The notes under the pieces are model-generated. The model was not told where the DNA came from, searched no databases, and saw nothing but the letters and a program-made list of their open reading frames with translations. Shown here one piece after another: positions 29,142 to 39,266 of a stretch of DNA of 64,000 nucleotides (within the stretch, counting starts at the first letter, position 1; each line of letters starts with the position of its first letter). The position numbers and the translations under genes are program-made. Source of the stretch: Thiotrichaceae bacterium UBA7357 (GTDB lineage Bacteria; Pseudomonadota; Gammaproteobacteria; Eutrophobiales; Eutrophobiaceae); contig DKOR01000018.1 of the NCBI GenBank assembly GCA_002470825.1, positions 120,482 through 184,481 of the forward strand. The letters are read 5' to 3'.

Positions 29142-30650
29142 ATGCCAGAACTTGATCGAAAATTGTCGACTAAGTTATATAGCGCCGAACAAGTTAGAGA
29201 ACTCGAACTAATTGCATCTGAAGTCTATGCTATCTCTAGCTATTCTCTTATGGAACGTGCTGCATACTATAGCTATGAAGTACTCAAACAACACTGGCCA
29301 GATGCAAATAACATAGCTGTTGTCTCTGGCTTTGGTAATAATGCGGGTGATGGTTACGTCCTAGCTAAACTGGCAATAGAAGACGGTAAACAAGTCGAAC
29401 TGATTAATATGTCCAATATTGAAAACTTGAATGGTGATGTCGCAACTGCATATCAGGATTTAAGCACTTTCAATATAAATCTAAAAAGTAATTCGTATAA
29501 ACTATTTGATGGTGTTGACGTTATCGTGGACGCCCTATTTGGAATAGGACTTAATCGCGATATAGAAGGGGAGTTCTATGATTTAATAAAGCTGATGAAC
29601 ACATCTGATTGTCCAACTATTTCTATCGATATCCCATCAGGGATAAATGCGAATACAGGAAAAATAATGAATATTGCAGTAGTTGCTGATGTCACTGTGA
29701 CATTTATAGGATTAAAGCAGGGAATGTTTACGAATGATGGTCTTGCTGCATCAGGTAAGATTCAATTTAATGATCTCGATATACCGCAAGAAATTTACCA
29801 ACAGATAGACCTTAACAGTAATTTACATACTGTTTCTAGATTAATGCTTCATGATTTAAATAAAGTACTCAAACCGCGGCAACGTAATTCACATAAAGGA
29901 CATTTTGGGCATGTACTTGTTGTCGGTGGTGATGAAGGTTATCTTGGTGCAGCTAGGATGGCAGCAGAGGCAGCGGCGCGTGTGGGTTCAGGTTTAGTAA
30001 GCATTGCAACACGTTCTTCACATGCAAGCTTATTGAGCACAATGAGACCTGAAATAATGTCTCATCCTGTTGAATTACAGGATGACCTTATGCAATTAAT
30101 TAAACGTGCGACAGTGATTGTTATAGGACCAGGCTTAGGAAAATCAGAATGGGCCAAATTGTTGCTAGCAACTGTACTAGAATCAAATCTTCCGATAGTG
30201 ATTGATGCTGATGCATTAAATCTATTAGCTGAGAGAAAACAGTTCTCAAAAGCATGGGTAATAACACCGCATCCGGGTGAAGCGGGACGTTTATTAGACA
30301 TCGATACAGAAAAAATTCAGCAAGATAGACTCAAGTCTTTAGGGTCCTTACATGAAAAATTTCAGGGGCCAGTTGTACTTAAAGGCAGTGGGACATTAAT
30401 CGCAGATACAAAAGGAGATTTTTTTATTTGTGATACGGGTAATCCAGGGATGTCATCAGGGGGTATGGGGGATGTCTTAGTTGGAGTTATTGCAGGTTTG
30501 ATTGCACAAGGGATAGAGATTAATCATTCTACAAAACTAGGAGTTTGTTTACATGCCGGTGCGGCAGATAGAGCTATTATTAATGGTGAGCGGGGTTTAC
30601 TGGCTATGGATTTGATGCCGCATCTTCGTTACCTAGTAAATCCAAGATAA
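29142..30650 (+). CDS. nnr: Bifunctional NAD(P)H-hydrate repair enzyme (epimerase + ADP-dependent dehydratase)
   Basis: 502 aa with a YjeF_N domain (GNNAGDG) and a C-terminal carbohydrate-kinase-like domain (GPGLG...GDVLVG). Confidence 0.9.
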   Translation: MPELDRKLSTKLYSAEQVRELELIASEVYAISSYSLMERAAYYSYEVLKQHWPDANNIAVVSGFGNNAGDGYVLAKLAIEDGKQVELINMSNIENLNGDVATAYQDLSTFNINLKSNSYKLFDGVDVIVDALFGIGLNRDIEGEFYDLIKLMNTSDCPTISIDIPSGINANTGKIMNIAVVADVTVTFIGLKQGMFTNDGLAASGKIQFNDLDIPQEIYQQIDLNSNLHTVSRLMLHDLNKVLKPRQRNSHKGHFGHVLVVGGDEGYLGAARMAAEAAARVGSGLVSIATRSSHASLLSTMRPEIMSHPVELQDDLMQLIKRATVIVIGPGLGKSEWAKLLLATVLESNLPIVIDADALNLLAERKQFSKAWVITPHPGEAGRLLDIDTEKIQQDRLKSLGSLHEKFQGPVVLKGSGTLIADTKGDFFICDTGNPGMSSGGMGDVLVGVIAGLIAQGIEINHSTKLGVCLHAGAADRAIINGERGLLAMDLMPHLRYLVNPR

Positions 30651-31111
30651 TGTTGTTATCACTTGAAAACGAGTCCGAAACAATCTACTTGGGCGCTATC
30701 ATGGCTAATATATTAACCGGAGGTGAGCTTGTTTACTTACAGGGAGAACTCGGGGCGGGTAAGACCACTTTTGTACGTGGTCTACTAAATGCTCTAGGTT
30801 ATTTAGGTAACGTAAAAAGCCCTACTTATACATTAGTCGAGCCTTATTTGATTGCAGGAATTGATGTATATCATTTTGATTTATATCGTATTAATGATCC
30901 TGGAGAGCTTGAGGCGATGGGCATTCGTGATTATTGTGATGGTAAATCAATTTGCCTGTTTGAATGGGCTGAGAAGGGAGCTAGTGTTCTACGCAAGTCA
31001 GATATTACTTTGCTCTTTTCATATCACTCACTAGGAAGAGAGGTCGAAATTAAGTCTAATTCTATTATTGGAAAGAAGATTCTAGAATTCCTCAAAAAAA
31101 CCTATAAATGA
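30650..31111 (+). CDS. tsaE: tRNA threonylcarbamoyladenosine biosynthesis ATPase TsaE
   Basis: 153 aa with the GELGAGKTTFVRG P-loop. Conserved position after nnr. Confidence 0.9.
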   Translation: MLLSLENESETIYLGAIMANILTGGELVYLQGELGAGKTTFVRGLLNALGYLGNVKSPTYTLVEPYLIAGIDVYHFDLYRINDPGELEAMGIRDYCDGKSICLFEWAEKGASVLRKSDITLLFSYHSLGREVEIKSNSIIGKKILEFLKKTYK

Positions 31112-31256
31112 TTTAATTAATAAAGTTGAGATATATTAATATATCTACTATTATTTATATAAAACATGTATATAGGTTGCTTTTTTAAAAAAAAATTGAA
31201 ACTATATTCCATATAGTACTAAAAACAATAAGAAATCTGATTAAACTTTACGAAAA

Positions 31257-32558
31257 ATGCGTTTAATTTTATTAAATATCTTCATTTTCTTATCATCGTC
31301 AGTTCTCGCTGAGACGGTGACAATTAATAATGTACGAGTTTGGGCCGCGCCTGATAGTACACGTGTTGTGTTTGATGTCAGTGGACCTGTTAAACATGAG
31401 CTTACACAACTATCAGCGCCTCATCGGACGGTTATCGATCTAAAAGAAACATCAATGACCAAAAAATTAATACAGCCAGGCTCTGAAGATAAATATCTAA
31501 AAGCTATTCGATCAGCTACCCGTAATCAATATGATCTTCGCATAGTATTTGATCTGAAAAAAGTCGTTCAATATAAAACATTTCAGTTAAAACCAAATAA
31601 AAAATATGGTCATCGACTTGTCGTTGACCTCTATGAGTCTGATGCTGAAGAAAATAAGAGGAGTATGATTCAAAAAGTAGTTACAGATTTGAAACGAGCT
31701 CGTGATGTGATAGTTGCTATAGATGCTGGTCATGGTGGTGAAGATCCTGGTGCAGAGGGACCTAGTGGCGTTTATGAAAAAGATGTGGTGTTGAAGATTT
31801 CTCAAGAGCTTGTAGACATCATCAATAAAGAATATGGCATGCGTGCAGTGATGATTCGTAAGGGCGATTACTATATGTCTCTTCGAAAGCGTATTAATAA
31901 AGCACGTGAATATAAGGCGGATTTATTTATGTCCGTTCATGCAGATGCATTTCGTGATCCGAAGGTGCAAGGCTCCTCTGTTTATGTTTTGTCCAAAAGA
32001 GGAGCAAGTAGTGAAGCAGCTAAATGGATAGCCGAATCTGAAAATGCATCTGATCTGATAGGTGGCGTCAGTTTAGATAACAAAGATAATGTGCTGGCTT
32101 CGGTATTACTAGACTTGTCACAGACTGCTAGTCTTGAAGCTAGTATTGATATTGCTGATCGTGTGTTAAAAGGACTAAAGAGTGTTGGTAAGGTACATAA
32201 GCGTACTGTGCAGTCAGCTGGTTTTGCGGTATTGAAGTCACCTGATATTCCTTCAATATTGATCGAAACAGCATTTATCTCTAATCCGAATGAAGAACGA
32301 AAATTATTGAGTAAAAAACATCGTACCAATATGGCAAATGCTATCATGGTTGGGTTACGTGGTTATTTTAGAGACTTTGCTCCAGACGGAACTGTGTTGG
32401 CATCACGAAAGCATATTATAGGATATGGTGAGACGCTCTCGACCATTGCACAGCACTATCAGATCAGTACGGATACTTTACGACGACACAATGATTTGAA
32501 AGGCGATTTAGTTCGCACTGGGCAGACCATAAGCATTCCAAAAAGTAGTGGCACCTAA
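31257..32558 (+). CDS. amiB: N-acetylmuramoyl-L-alanine amidase (AMIN domain + Amidase_3 + C-terminal LysM)
   Basis: 433 aa with a signal peptide, an AMIN domain, the Amidase_3 motif (AIDAGHGGEDPGA) and LysM (GETLSTIAQHY...GQTISIP). The tsaE-amiB-mutL synteny matches E. coli. Confidence 0.85.
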   Translation: MRLILLNIFIFLSSSVLAETVTINNVRVWAAPDSTRVVFDVSGPVKHELTQLSAPHRTVIDLKETSMTKKLIQPGSEDKYLKAIRSATRNQYDLRIVFDLKKVVQYKTFQLKPNKKYGHRLVVDLYESDAEENKRSMIQKVVTDLKRARDVIVAIDAGHGGEDPGAEGPSGVYEKDVVLKISQELVDIINKEYGMRAVMIRKGDYYMSLRKRINKAREYKADLFMSVHADAFRDPKVQGSSVYVLSKRGASSEAAKWIAESENASDLIGGVSLDNKDNVLASVLLDLSQTASLEASIDIADRVLKGLKSVGKVHKRTVQSAGFAVLKSPDIPSILIETAFISNPNEERKLLSKKHRTNMANAIMVGLRGYFRDFAPDGTVLASRKHIIGYGETLSTIAQHYQISTDTLRRHNDLKGDLVRTGQTISIPKSSGT

Positions 32559-32614
32559 TATAATTTAAACTCTAGGACTACCTACTCAGTAATACCTGCC
32601 GTATCATACGTCCC

Positions 32615-34291
32615 ATGTTAGATAGTAAAAATTTTCCTCGCATCCATAAACTTCCTGTTTTAGTTTCAAATCAAATTGCAGCTGGTGAAGTGATAGAACG
32701 ACCGGCTTCTGTAGTGAAGGAATTAATTGAAAATAGTATTGATGCATCAGCTACTAAGATTATTATCGATATCGAAGATGCAGGCAAAAGTTTAATACGT
32801 GTGCGTGATAATGGACAGGGGATACACAAGGATGATCTTGTATTAGCGTTGCAAGCACATGCGACCAGTAAATTATCGACATTTTCTGATCTGACACATA
32901 TAGTCAGCATGGGTTTTAGGGGCGAAGCCATTCCCAGTATAGCTTCGGTATCACTATTTAAAATGATATCACGGCTTAAAGGGACTAAAAATGCTTGGGC
33001 TATCAACAACCAATTTCAAATAAAACCTGCATCTCATGAGATAGGGACGACAGTTGAAGTCAATGAATTATTTTTTTCTATACCAGGGCGTCGCAAATTT
33101 TTAAAATCAGAAAAGACTGAGTATTTACATATTCAGTCTTTGATTAGAGCGTTTGCTTTAAGTCACTTTTCGACTGGTTTTTTTGTTAAACATAATGGTA
33201 ACCCTCTATTTAATTTATCTGAGTGTAATAATGAAATTCAGCAACGTGTCATTAGCATTTGCGGACGGACATTCATTGATAAAAGTGTAGAACTTGATAC
33301 AGCAAAAGAGAGTATGCATTTATGGGGTTGGTTGGGATTAAGTGATGTATCTCGAAGTCAATCTGACCGACAGTATTTTTATCTTAATGGGCGCATTATT
33401 CGTGATAAACATGTCAATCACGCGATACGTTTAGCATATGATGATCGTATTCCTACTGGTCGTTACCCCAGTTATGTATTGTATTTTGAAATAGACCCAT
33501 CACTAGTTGATGTAAATGTTCACCCAGCGAAATCGGAAGTCAGATTTTCAGAAATAAGAAATGTACATGATTTTATTTACAGTAGTCTATTAGGAGCTTT
33601 AAGAAAACCAAAACTATTAATAGAGAATAATATTTACAATAATACGAATGAGTTTAATGATCAGAAATCTAGTAATAAAAAATCTAATGCATATAGTACG
33701 CCAAATGCTAAAAAAAATGATGTTGATTTAAGTAATAGATCATCACTAAAGTATTTATCATTACTATCAAATAAATTTCTAATTGCCATGTTTAACGGTG
33801 ATGAATATTTAATTGATATTGTAAAAGCGAAAAAATTAATAACTTCGCAATATTTATATAAAAACTTCTTGTCAAGGACAATAGTAATGAGGCCAATTCT
33901 TGTACCTGTGGCCTGTGAGTTGGATGTGGATATCCTGAAGTTTCTAAACAAAGATATAACCCGCATTGAACAATGGGGTTTTAAATTAGAACAAATAGCT
34001 CCAACTCAAATATTAATACGTTCTATACCAGCAGTGTTAATCTATTCTGATGTGATTTTGCTAGTTAAAAATCTACTTGATGCTCTATACGTAAATAAAA
34101 CAAATACAGTAATTGCTAAAAGAATTGCTGAACATGTTAATGACTCAGGCACAATACTAGATGATGACAATACGACAAAATTGATCGGCGAAATTATTTC
34201 ATTTGAAAAAATGACACATGAATTTGGTCTATTACCATGGAGGAAGCTTGATTCTAAAATTTTGTCGTTAATTTTAGATGAAAAAGAATGA
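32615..34291 (+). CDS. mutL: DNA mismatch repair protein MutL
   Basis: 558 aa with a GHKL ATPase N-terminus (QIAAGEVIERPASVVKELIENSIDA; DNGQGI). Confidence 0.9.
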   Translation: MLDSKNFPRIHKLPVLVSNQIAAGEVIERPASVVKELIENSIDASATKIIIDIEDAGKSLIRVRDNGQGIHKDDLVLALQAHATSKLSTFSDLTHIVSMGFRGEAIPSIASVSLFKMISRLKGTKNAWAINNQFQIKPASHEIGTTVEVNELFFSIPGRRKFLKSEKTEYLHIQSLIRAFALSHFSTGFFVKHNGNPLFNLSECNNEIQQRVISICGRTFIDKSVELDTAKESMHLWGWLGLSDVSRSQSDRQYFYLNGRIIRDKHVNHAIRLAYDDRIPTGRYPSYVLYFEIDPSLVDVNVHPAKSEVRFSEIRNVHDFIYSSLLGALRKPKLLIENNIYNNTNEFNDQKSSNKKSNAYSTPNAKKNDVDLSNRSSLKYLSLLSNKFLIAMFNGDEYLIDIVKAKKLITSQYLYKNFLSRTIVMRPILVPVACELDVDILKFLNKDITRIEQWGFKLEQIAPTQILIRSIPAVLIYSDVILLVKNLLDALYVNKTNTVIAKRIAEHVNDSGTILDDDNTTKLIGEIISFEKMTHEFGLLPWRKLDSKILSLILDEKE

Positions 34292-35214
34292 TGAAATCAC
34301 CACATGTAATTTTTATCATGGGGCCGACCGCGACTGGTAAAACAGATTTGGCACTGTATTTACATGAAAACATTGATAGTGAAATCATAAGTGTAGACTC
34401 TGCGATGATATATAAAGATATGAATATAGGCACAGCGAAACCAGATAAAGAACTCTTAGCAAAAGCGCCTCATAGATTGATTGATATTCGTAATCCGTTG
34501 GAATCGTATTCAGCAGCACAATTTAGAGACGACGCAAATTTGGCTATCAAAGAGATCTTGGCTAAAAATAGGACTCCTGTGCTTGTTGGTGGAACAGGTC
34601 TATATTTTAGAGCTCTTGAGCAAGGTTTGGCGGATTTACCAGAAGCCAATTATAGTATACGTGCAAGAATTGAGGCAGATGCTGATGCCGATGGTTGGAA
34701 TACTTTGCATAAGAGGTTAAAAATAATCGATCCTGATGCGGCAAATCGAATTAATGAAAATGATTCGCAACGTATACAGCGGGCATTAGAAGTGTATGAA
34801 ATAACGGGTAAAACATTAACATCTTTGATTTTTGCAGAACGTAAAGAACCATTTCCATATCCGATAAAAAAAATCATCTTGTCACCTAAAGACCGTTCAG
34901 TTCATCACGATCGAGTCAAACACCGCTTCCTAGAAATGTTGAAGTCTGGTTTCGTCGATGAGGTTGAAGCCTTATATAGGCGTAGTGACTTATCATTAAA
35001 CTTACCCTCTATGCGTTTGGTCGGTTATAGACAAGTCTGGCATTATTTAGATGAAGAATGTAACTATGAGGAAATGTGTAATTATGTCCTTATTGCAACA
35101 AGACAACTTGCCAAACGTCAAATTACCTGGTGTCGTTCAGAAGGTAATGCTGAATGGTACGATCCATATCAGAACGGAGCTTTCTCTGAAATATTGAAAA
35201 ACCTGCATAATTAA
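34288..35214 (+). CDS. miaA: tRNA dimethylallyltransferase
   Basis: 308 aa with the P-loop GPTATGKT and the VGGTGLY motif. Confidence 0.95.
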   Translation: MMKSPHVIFIMGPTATGKTDLALYLHENIDSEIISVDSAMIYKDMNIGTAKPDKELLAKAPHRLIDIRNPLESYSAAQFRDDANLAIKEILAKNRTPVLVGGTGLYFRALEQGLADLPEANYSIRARIEADADADGWNTLHKRLKIIDPDAANRINENDSQRIQRALEVYEITGKTLTSLIFAERKEPFPYPIKKIILSPKDRSVHHDRVKHRFLEMLKSGFVDEVEALYRRSDLSLNLPSMRLVGYRQVWHYLDEECNYEEMCNYVLIATRQLAKRQITWCRSEGNAEWYDPYQNGAFSEILKNLHN

Positions 35215-35327
35215 CCGTAAATTTTTCTCATTTGTAATATACTTGGTGGACATGTTGACAAAAGTTAGTCGATAAATAAATTTATGCGAGTAACAATAAG
35301 AATAATTAAATTCAAAGGAGAAATATT

Positions 35328-35573
35328 ATGAGTAAGGGGCACTCATTGCAGGATCCTTTTTTAAACTTATTAAGGAAAGAACGAATTCCTGTATCCATAT
35401 TTTTGGTAAATGGGATAAAATTACAAGGACACGTAGAATCTTTTGATCAATTCGTAATATTACTTAGAAATACAGTGAGTCAATTGGTTTATAAACATGC
35501 AGTTTCTACAATTGTGCCATCGAGGAACGTTAAACTACCCCGAACTGATGAAGAGGTTAGCGAAGAAACGTGA
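35328..35573 (+). CDS. hfq: RNA chaperone Hfq
   Basis: 81 aa with an Sm fold (LQDPFLN...[21 protein letters not shown]; [10 protein letters not shown]). Good AAGGAG RBS. Confidence 0.95.
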   Translation: MSKGHSLQDPFLNLLRKERIPVSIFLVNGIKLQGHVESFDQFVILLRNTVSQLVYKHAVSTIVPSRNVKLPRTDEEVSEET

Positions 35574-35600
35574 CCTCAATTAATATAGTCTGGTAGGCAA

Positions 35601-36884
35601 TTGGAATCACAATCTGCTGACATTCAGCGTGTCTTAATCGTTTATGTTGATTTCTACAAATCTACGGTTGATGATGCATACAGTGAGTTTATTCAATTAG
35701 TCGATTCCTCTGGCTTAGATATCATCGGATCAATTGAGGCCCCAAGACAATTTCCTGACGCAGAACTCTTTGTTGGTAAAGGTAAGGTCGATGAAATTAC
35801 AGAACAAGCTGAACAATTGAATGCTGACGTAGTCATATTTAACTATCCGCTCACACCAGCACAGGAGAGAAACCTCGAGAATCATATTAAAGTGCGGGTT
35901 ATAGATAGGATCGGTTTGATTCTGGATATATTTGCTCAGCGTGCACGAAGTTATGAAGGTAAATTACAGGTTGAATTAGCTCAATTGCAGCATTTATCGA
36001 CACGTCTAATCAGGGGTTGGACGCATCTAGAGCGTCAAAAAGGTGGGATTGGGTTACGTGGCCCGGGTGAAACCCAACTTGAAACGGATCGTCGTCTTGT
36101 AGGTTTTAGAATTAAATTGATTAATCAACGTCTGGAAAAAGTTCGAAAGCAACGATATTTGAGTAGGCAACAACGCCAGAAAAATGATGTGCCAGTTATT
36201 TCTCTGGTTGGTTATACCAATGCAGGAAAATCAACTCTGTTTAATCGTCTGACTGGAGCTGACGTTAGGACTGCGGATCAATTGTTTGCGACTCTAGATC
36301 CGACATTGAGACGAGTCGAGATGGATTCTGGAAGAAATATTATTTTAACGGATACTGTGGGATTTATTCGAGATTTACCGCACGATCTAGTTGAATCATT
36401 TCAGGCGACACTGGAAGAGGTTCGAGAAGCAGATCTATTAATACATGTTATTGATGTTGACCATGATCAGCGAGTGCAAAGAATAAATGAGGTCAATAAG
36501 GTTATCGAGTTAATTGGTGCAGAAAATGTTCCTCAAATAGAGGTATACAACAAGATAGATAAATATTCAGAACAAACAGCGCGAATTGAAATAACAAGTA
36601 ACCGTCCTAATATGAGAGTATGGTTATCTTCACAGTCTGGTGAAGGGTTAGAGCTATTGTTGAAAGGAATTGAGCAGCAATTACGACAAGACAGAAAGCC
36701 GCATTATCTCAATTTACCAGTCACTGCAGGTCAGTTAAGAGCGAAATTATTTGATCTTGGAGCTGTTAGACAGGATGATGAGAATGACAAAGGTGGCTGG
36801 ATAATGGAAGTTGAGTTGGAAGAATTTAGGCTCAATAAGCTTTGTGAAGAAGCAAGCTTGGATATGCTGCAGTTGCAGTCATAG
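35601..36884 (+). CDS. hflX: GTPase HflX
   Basis: 427 aa with G motifs GYTNAGKST, DTVGF and NKID. Apparent TTG start. Confidence 0.9.
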   Translation: MESQSADIQRVLIVYVDFYKSTVDDAYSEFIQLVDSSGLDIIGSIEAPRQFPDAELFVGKGKVDEITEQAEQLNADVVIFNYPLTPAQERNLENHIKVRVIDRIGLILDIFAQRARSYEGKLQVELAQLQHLSTRLIRGWTHLERQKGGIGLRGPGETQLETDRRLVGFRIKLINQRLEKVRKQRYLSRQQRQKNDVPVISLVGYTNAGKSTLFNRLTGADVRTADQLFATLDPTLRRVEMDSGRNIILTDTVGFIRDLPHDLVESFQATLEEVREADLLIHVIDVDHDQRVQRINEVNKVIELIGAENVPQIEVYNKIDKYSEQTARIEITSNRPNMRVWLSSQSGEGLELLLKGIEQQLRQDRKPHYLNLPVTAGQLRAKLFDLGAVRQDDENDKGGWIMEVELEEFRLNKLCEEASLDMLQLQS

Positions 36885-36979
36885 CCTGTTCGCTATTAAG
36901 ATTGAGCGGAAATTCATTTATTATATTATTTATACAAGGATATTTTGTATATCCATAAATTTCGTCGGAGAAATACATA

Positions 36980-38116
36980 ATGGGCTGGAATGAACCACCT
37001 GAAAATAAAGGTAAAGATCCTTGGGGTAATAGAGATAAAGGAGATGGGCCACCTGACCTTGACGACATTATCAAGAAGATGCAAAAAGGTATAGGCGGTA
37101 TATTTGGTAATAGACCTACCAAAATAGGTGGCAATAATTCCGCATTTCCATTTGCCGTGGGAATTATCTTACTTTTAATTTGGTTAGCCTTTGATGCGAC
37201 ATACTTGATCGATCAACAAGAACGGGGTGTTGTGCTTCGTTTTGGTAAACATGTTGACACCCTTGAGCCGGGTTTAAATTTTCGTTTTCCAAGACCGATA
37301 GAAGTTGTACAAAAAGTAAATGTAGGTCAGGTTCGTTCAATTACGCATAAAGCATTGATGCTGACTCAAGACGAAAATATTGTTGATGTTGAAGTCGCTG
37401 TACAATGGCGAATAGGTAATGCTGATGATTATTTATTTAATGTTTTCTCTCCAGCCTCAACATTAAGGCAGGTAACTGAGAGTTCAGTTCGTGAGGTGAT
37501 TGGTAAAAGTAAATTGGATTTCGTTTTGACCGAAGGACGAAGTGAAATAGCAGAAAGAATACAATCTTTAATACAAGAGACACTCGGAGAATATAAAACA
37601 GGCATATATATATCCACCGCAGAAATGCAACCAGCGAAACCGCCAGAAGAAGTTAAAGCAGCATTTGATGATGCTATCAAAGCACGAGAAGATGAACAAC
37701 GACAGGTAAATGAAGCGGAAGCCTACAGAAATGACATCTTGCCAAAGGCTCGCGGTGGCGCAGCTCGATTACGTGAAGAATCAAATGGCTACAAGTCACG
37801 AATAATATCTAAGGCTGAAGGTGAAGCGAGCCGTTTCGGCCAACTATTGGCTGAATATCAGCGTGCACCTGAAGTAACACGTGAAAGATTATATTTGGAT
37901 GCAATTGAATCTGTATTCAGGAATACTAATAAAGTGCTCATAGATAATGATAACGGAAATAGTTTGATGTACTTGCCGATAGATAAATTGATTGATAAAC
38001 GTCAGAACAATAGCTCGACTAATGCTAACCAAAACTTCAATGATACTTCTACATCATCTAATATTATGGATGATACGCGGCAAAGACTTGAACAACGACT
38101 CAGAGGTACGCGCTAA
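36980..38116 (+). CDS. hflK: FtsH protease modulator HflK (SPFH/band-7)
   Basis: 378 aa with an N-terminal Gly-rich region, a TM helix and an SPFH domain. Confidence 0.9.
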   Translation: MGWNEPPENKGKDPWGNRDKGDGPPDLDDIIKKMQKGIGGIFGNRPTKIGGNNSAFPFAVGIILLLIWLAFDATYLIDQQERGVVLRFGKHVDTLEPGLNFRFPRPIEVVQKVNVGQVRSITHKALMLTQDENIVDVEVAVQWRIGNADDYLFNVFSPASTLRQVTESSVREVIGKSKLDFVLTEGRSEIAERIQSLIQETLGEYKTGIYISTAEMQPAKPPEEVKAAFDDAIKAREDEQRQVNEAEAYRNDILPKARGGAARLREESNGYKSRIISKAEGEASRFGQLLAEYQRAPEVTRERLYLDAIESVFRNTNKVLIDNDNGNSLMYLPIDKLIDKRQNNSSTNANQNFNDTSTSSNIMDDTRQRLEQRLRGTR

Positions 38117-38982
38117 TGACTTTGAATCCTAAAATTATAATTCCTTTAATCCTCATCGGAATCCTTGCCTATACAGCTGTATTCACAGTCAAGCAATCGG
38201 AGCAGGCTTTGGTTTTTAAATTTCGTGAGATTGTTCGGTCTGATGATCAACCAGGTTTACATTTTATGGTGCCGATTGTGAATGCGGCCAAGAAGTTTGA
38301 AAAGCGATTACTAAACCTTGATCAAGAACCCCAACGCTTTTTAACAATAGAAAAGAAAGATGTGATCGTTGATTACTATGCGAAGTGGCGAATTACTGAT
38401 GTTGATAAGTTTTATACTGCAACACGAGGTGATGTGCTTTATGCCAATGGTTTGTTAGGTCAGCGTATTAATCGAGCATTACGAGATGAATTTGGTGCGC
38501 GAACCGTTCAGGAAGTTGTTGCCGGCGAACGGACTCAAATTCTTAGTGTTGTTACTGCAAGTACTTCAAACTTGCCTCAAGAACTAGGTATCACAGTGGT
38601 TGATGTTCGCACCAAGAGAATTGACTTGCCAACAGAAGTCAGTAATTCAGTCTATGAACGAATGCGAGCAGAACGTAATCGTGTCGCCAAAGATTTTCGA
38701 GCACGTGGTTCTGAAGCTTCAGAGCGTATACGTGCTAATGCTGACCGTGAACGTGAAATTATATTGGCGAATGCCTATAGGGATGCTGAAATGATACGTG
38801 GTGAAGGAGATGCGCAAGCGACTGAAATTTATGCCGCCGCTTATACCAAGGATGAAGAATTTTATTCGTTTTATCGTAGTTTGGATGCGTATAAAAACAG
38901 CTTTAATGATAGTAACGATGTGTTACTGATAGAACCCAAATCAGATTTCTTTAGATATTTTAATAATCCAAAAGGTAATTAA
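38116..38982 (+). CDS. hflC: FtsH protease modulator HflC (SPFH/band-7)
   Basis: 288 aa with an N-terminal TM helix and SPFH domain. Start overlaps the hflK stop. Confidence 0.9.
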   Translation: MTLNPKIIIPLILIGILAYTAVFTVKQSEQALVFKFREIVRSDDQPGLHFMVPIVNAAKKFEKRLLNLDQEPQRFLTIEKKDVIVDYYAKWRITDVDKFYTATRGDVLYANGLLGQRINRALRDEFGARTVQEVVAGERTQILSVVTASTSNLPQELGITVVDVRTKRIDLPTEVSNSVYERMRAERNRVAKDFRARGSEASERIRANADREREIILANAYRDAEMIRGEGDAQATEIYAAAYTKDEEFYSFYRSLDAYKNSFNDSNDVLLIEPKSDFFRYFNNPKGN

Positions 38983-39061
38983 ACTCAGCTTTACAAATTG
39001 CAGGTCTATTTAAAAAGCATAAATAAGGCTGTTTCAATGAAAATAGTTATGGTGAGAGTGA

Positions 39062-39259
39062 TTGTTTAATATTGATTTTTCTGATCTATTAGCTGCACTT
39101 GCATTAGTTTTTATATTAGAAGGCTTGATCCCATTTTTGAATCCTGAAAGTATTCGAAAAATATTTCTTGCTGCTGCTCAAATGGATAATCAAACATTAC
39201 GATTTTTGGGTGTCTCAAGTATGTTGGTGGGTTCGATAATGTTATACATTATTCGTTGA
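39062..39259 (+). CDS. yjeT: Small membrane protein, DUF2065 (YjeT-like)
   Basis: 65 aa with two TM segments (LAALALVFILEGL; VSSMLVGSIMLYII), in the conserved slot between hflC and purA. Apparent TTG start. Confidence 0.6.
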   Translation: MFNIDFSDLLAALALVFILEGLIPFLNPESIRKIFLAAAQMDNQTLRFLGVSSMLVGSIMLYIIR

Positions 39260-39266
39260 TTAAATT